64,000 nucleotides of DNA from Heptranchias perlo (lineage: Eukaryota): contig NC_090336.1 in NCBI RefSeq assembly GCF_035084215.1, forward strand, positions 29,202,001-29,266,000, written 5' to 3'. Of this stretch, positions 62,243 to 64,000 are shown piece after piece. Positions within the stretch are counted from its first letter, which is position 1. The number at the start of each line of letters is the position of its first letter. Both the position numbers and the translations under genes were made by a program. The notes under the pieces are model-generated. The model searched no databases. It was not told the origin of the DNA and was given only the letters and a program-made list of their open reading frames with translations.

Positions 62243-64000
62243 CCCCCTACAAATGGCGACCCAGATGGGACTTTGGCAAAAGGGATGTGACACATTGGAC
62301 ACTGATTTGGAAGAGAGAACTGTAATGGAAGAGAGGATTTCAGATTATGTGTTCAGTAAGGTGAATATGGAAAAAAAATGGGTCACTAATCTGTTAAAGG
62401 CTGGGCGCCCGGTAGATGCTGCAGCGAAATGGACAGGAGGGAAGGATCATAAAAAATCCATAGAAAAGGCAGTCTGGCTGATGTGCTTCAAGAAACAGAT
62501 CCAGCTTTTGGACAGGCTCGTTGAAGCAAAGGCAGCTGATATTCGGCAGTCAACTCTTGAAGTCCAAATAAAGGCCCTATCAGGGGAGAAGTTACTGTTA
62601 GCATTGCAGACTCTGAACCAGGAAAGGGTGCAGTTAGTGGGGGAGCATAAGACCCAGCAGGAATATTTACAGTGTCAGGTCACTGAGGCCAAGAACAACG
62701 AGCTGAGGTTGCGGGAAAAGAATGCCCGCCTAGCAAGTCAAGTAAGAGAGCAGGAGGAGAAAGTAAAAGGCTTACAGGCAGCCTTTAAGATAGTGAGCGC
62801 ACAGAGGTTTGAAGATACAGACCATGGCCCCTGCCAGAAGCAGATAGAGAGTCTGAACCTTGCTCTAAGGACGGCAAAAGGCATGGTATGCCTCATAAGC
62901 CCTAGTGCAGCCCAGGTCGACTTCACAGGGAACCTGGGGAGAACGGTTCAGACACCACAGGTAGTGCCAAGGGACGACCTGGTTGAGGAGCAGGAGGGCC
63001 CACGACCACCACCCGTAGCGCCAAGCTTTAGCGAAATCTGGCAGGAGAGGGGGGTGGAATTAGGGGCAGAAGCAGAGGAGGAAAACCCCCAGCAAGAGAG
63101 GCTGGGACCGGGGCCGATGTGCCCGGCCCGGCAGCAAAGGTTCGGCCCGCCAGCTGGTAACGGGGATGAGGGACCCCTCCAAAACCAGTTCGTAGTTCCC
63201 CACGGCACCCAACAGCTTTGGGCCATGGTAAGCCATTTAACTAAACTTGCTGCAAATGGGGACCCCTCAGTCCACTTCAGGGAAGTGGAACAAGCAGCAA
63301 GCATCAACGAGTGCAATGATGCTGAACAGGCCAAAATGCTGCTATTCTCCCTGGAGAGTCAGCTCTTTCAGTCCCTCTCTGACCAATGAAAGATGGGACA
63401 GTGTGATTATGGGGAGCTCAAGGAGGAAGTTCTTGAGGCCATGGGGATGAATGAGGGAAGTCCTTTCTCCCGGGTGGAAAAAACAGTGCAGCTCGTAGGA
63501 GAAACCCCGCAGGCTTTTGCAGACAGGTTGTGGCCGGTGTATAGGAGCGCATGCAGTGGGATGCCTAACCGGGCTAACCTGGACCAGGATCAGCGGGCCC
63601 ACTGGCTCCGTTGCCTGGTGGCAAACAGCTTGCCACAGTTCAGGGCCACGGCAGGAATGTGGTTTGACCCAAAGAGTCCCCTGACTACCGAACTCACAGT
63701 GGTCAGACAATTGACCATAGCTTACCGTAATGGTAAAGGAACCGATGCACACCCACCTAAAGGGAAAGTGCATGAAATGAAACCCGGCCAGGGTAGGAAG
63801 GAGTGGCATCAGGAAGGGAATAACCCTTCCAGCACAAAACTCAACTGTTATGGGTGTGGGAAGGATGGACACTGGAGGAAGGAGTGTAAGAATCCTTGGA
63901 AAGATAACAAGGGAAAGAATTCCTCAACCCCAGCCCAGAAGGCAGAGACAGGAATCCCTCCCGCCACGGTCGAGTCATTTTTGGATGCCATGAGAACCCT
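62243..64000 (+). mobile_element. LTR retroelement (Gypsy/retrovirus-like) gag region; continues beyond window
   Basis: PBS, coiled coil, PPPVAP, MHR-like QLVGETPQAFADRL, CYGCGKDGHWRKEC knuckle at 63846-63887 in the same frame after one TGA at 63387. Confidence 0.88.
62254..62271 (+). other. Primer-binding site TGGCGACCCAGATGGGAC (tRNA-Arg)
   Basis: Follows ...CCTACA-AA; complementary to the 3' end of a vertebrate tRNA-Arg(CCG) as I recall it. Confidence 0.8.

Noticed and set aside
62238-63900. Link between this gag and the gag-derived cytoplasmic tail of human NCR3LG1
   Set aside because: The gag is on the opposite strand and upstream of the gene, with no splice connection visible.

Overview
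Eukaryotic, repeat-rich window, most likely from a cartilaginous fish (inferred from the CR1, DeuSINE, Penelope and Harbinger families present). The main host gene is a spliced minus-strand B7-family Ig-superfamily gene, NCR3LG1/B7-H6-like (tapasin-like not excluded). I reconstructed it by hand: leader (47475-47424), IgV (41901-41557), IgC1 (39545-39231), transmembrane exon (38376-38272) and a 78-nt cytoplasmic exon (37518-37441), all joined in phase 1. It has an ISRE-type promoter motif and a duplicated alternative leader. Downstream of the TM exon lie a tandemly amplified array of small phase-1 acidic candidate exons (about 10-17 kb), a 423-nt Ig-like exon lacking the canonical disulfide cysteines (7228-6806), and duplicated copies of the 78-nt exon and of a candidate terminal exon. 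This suggests a receptor with a modular, expanding cytoplasmic tail that carries an intracellular Ig fold; the splicing is inferred and untested. The rest is mobile DNA: nested CR1 LINEs (one intact 993-aa ORF2, one full-length element), Harbinger derivatives with AAA/TTT TSDs, Penelope fragments with minimal hammerhead ribozymes, SINEs, a solo LTR and a gag-bearing LTR element with a tRNA-Arg PBS. Several layers of segmental and tandem duplication are visible, including a near-identical 3.9-kb tandem repeat.
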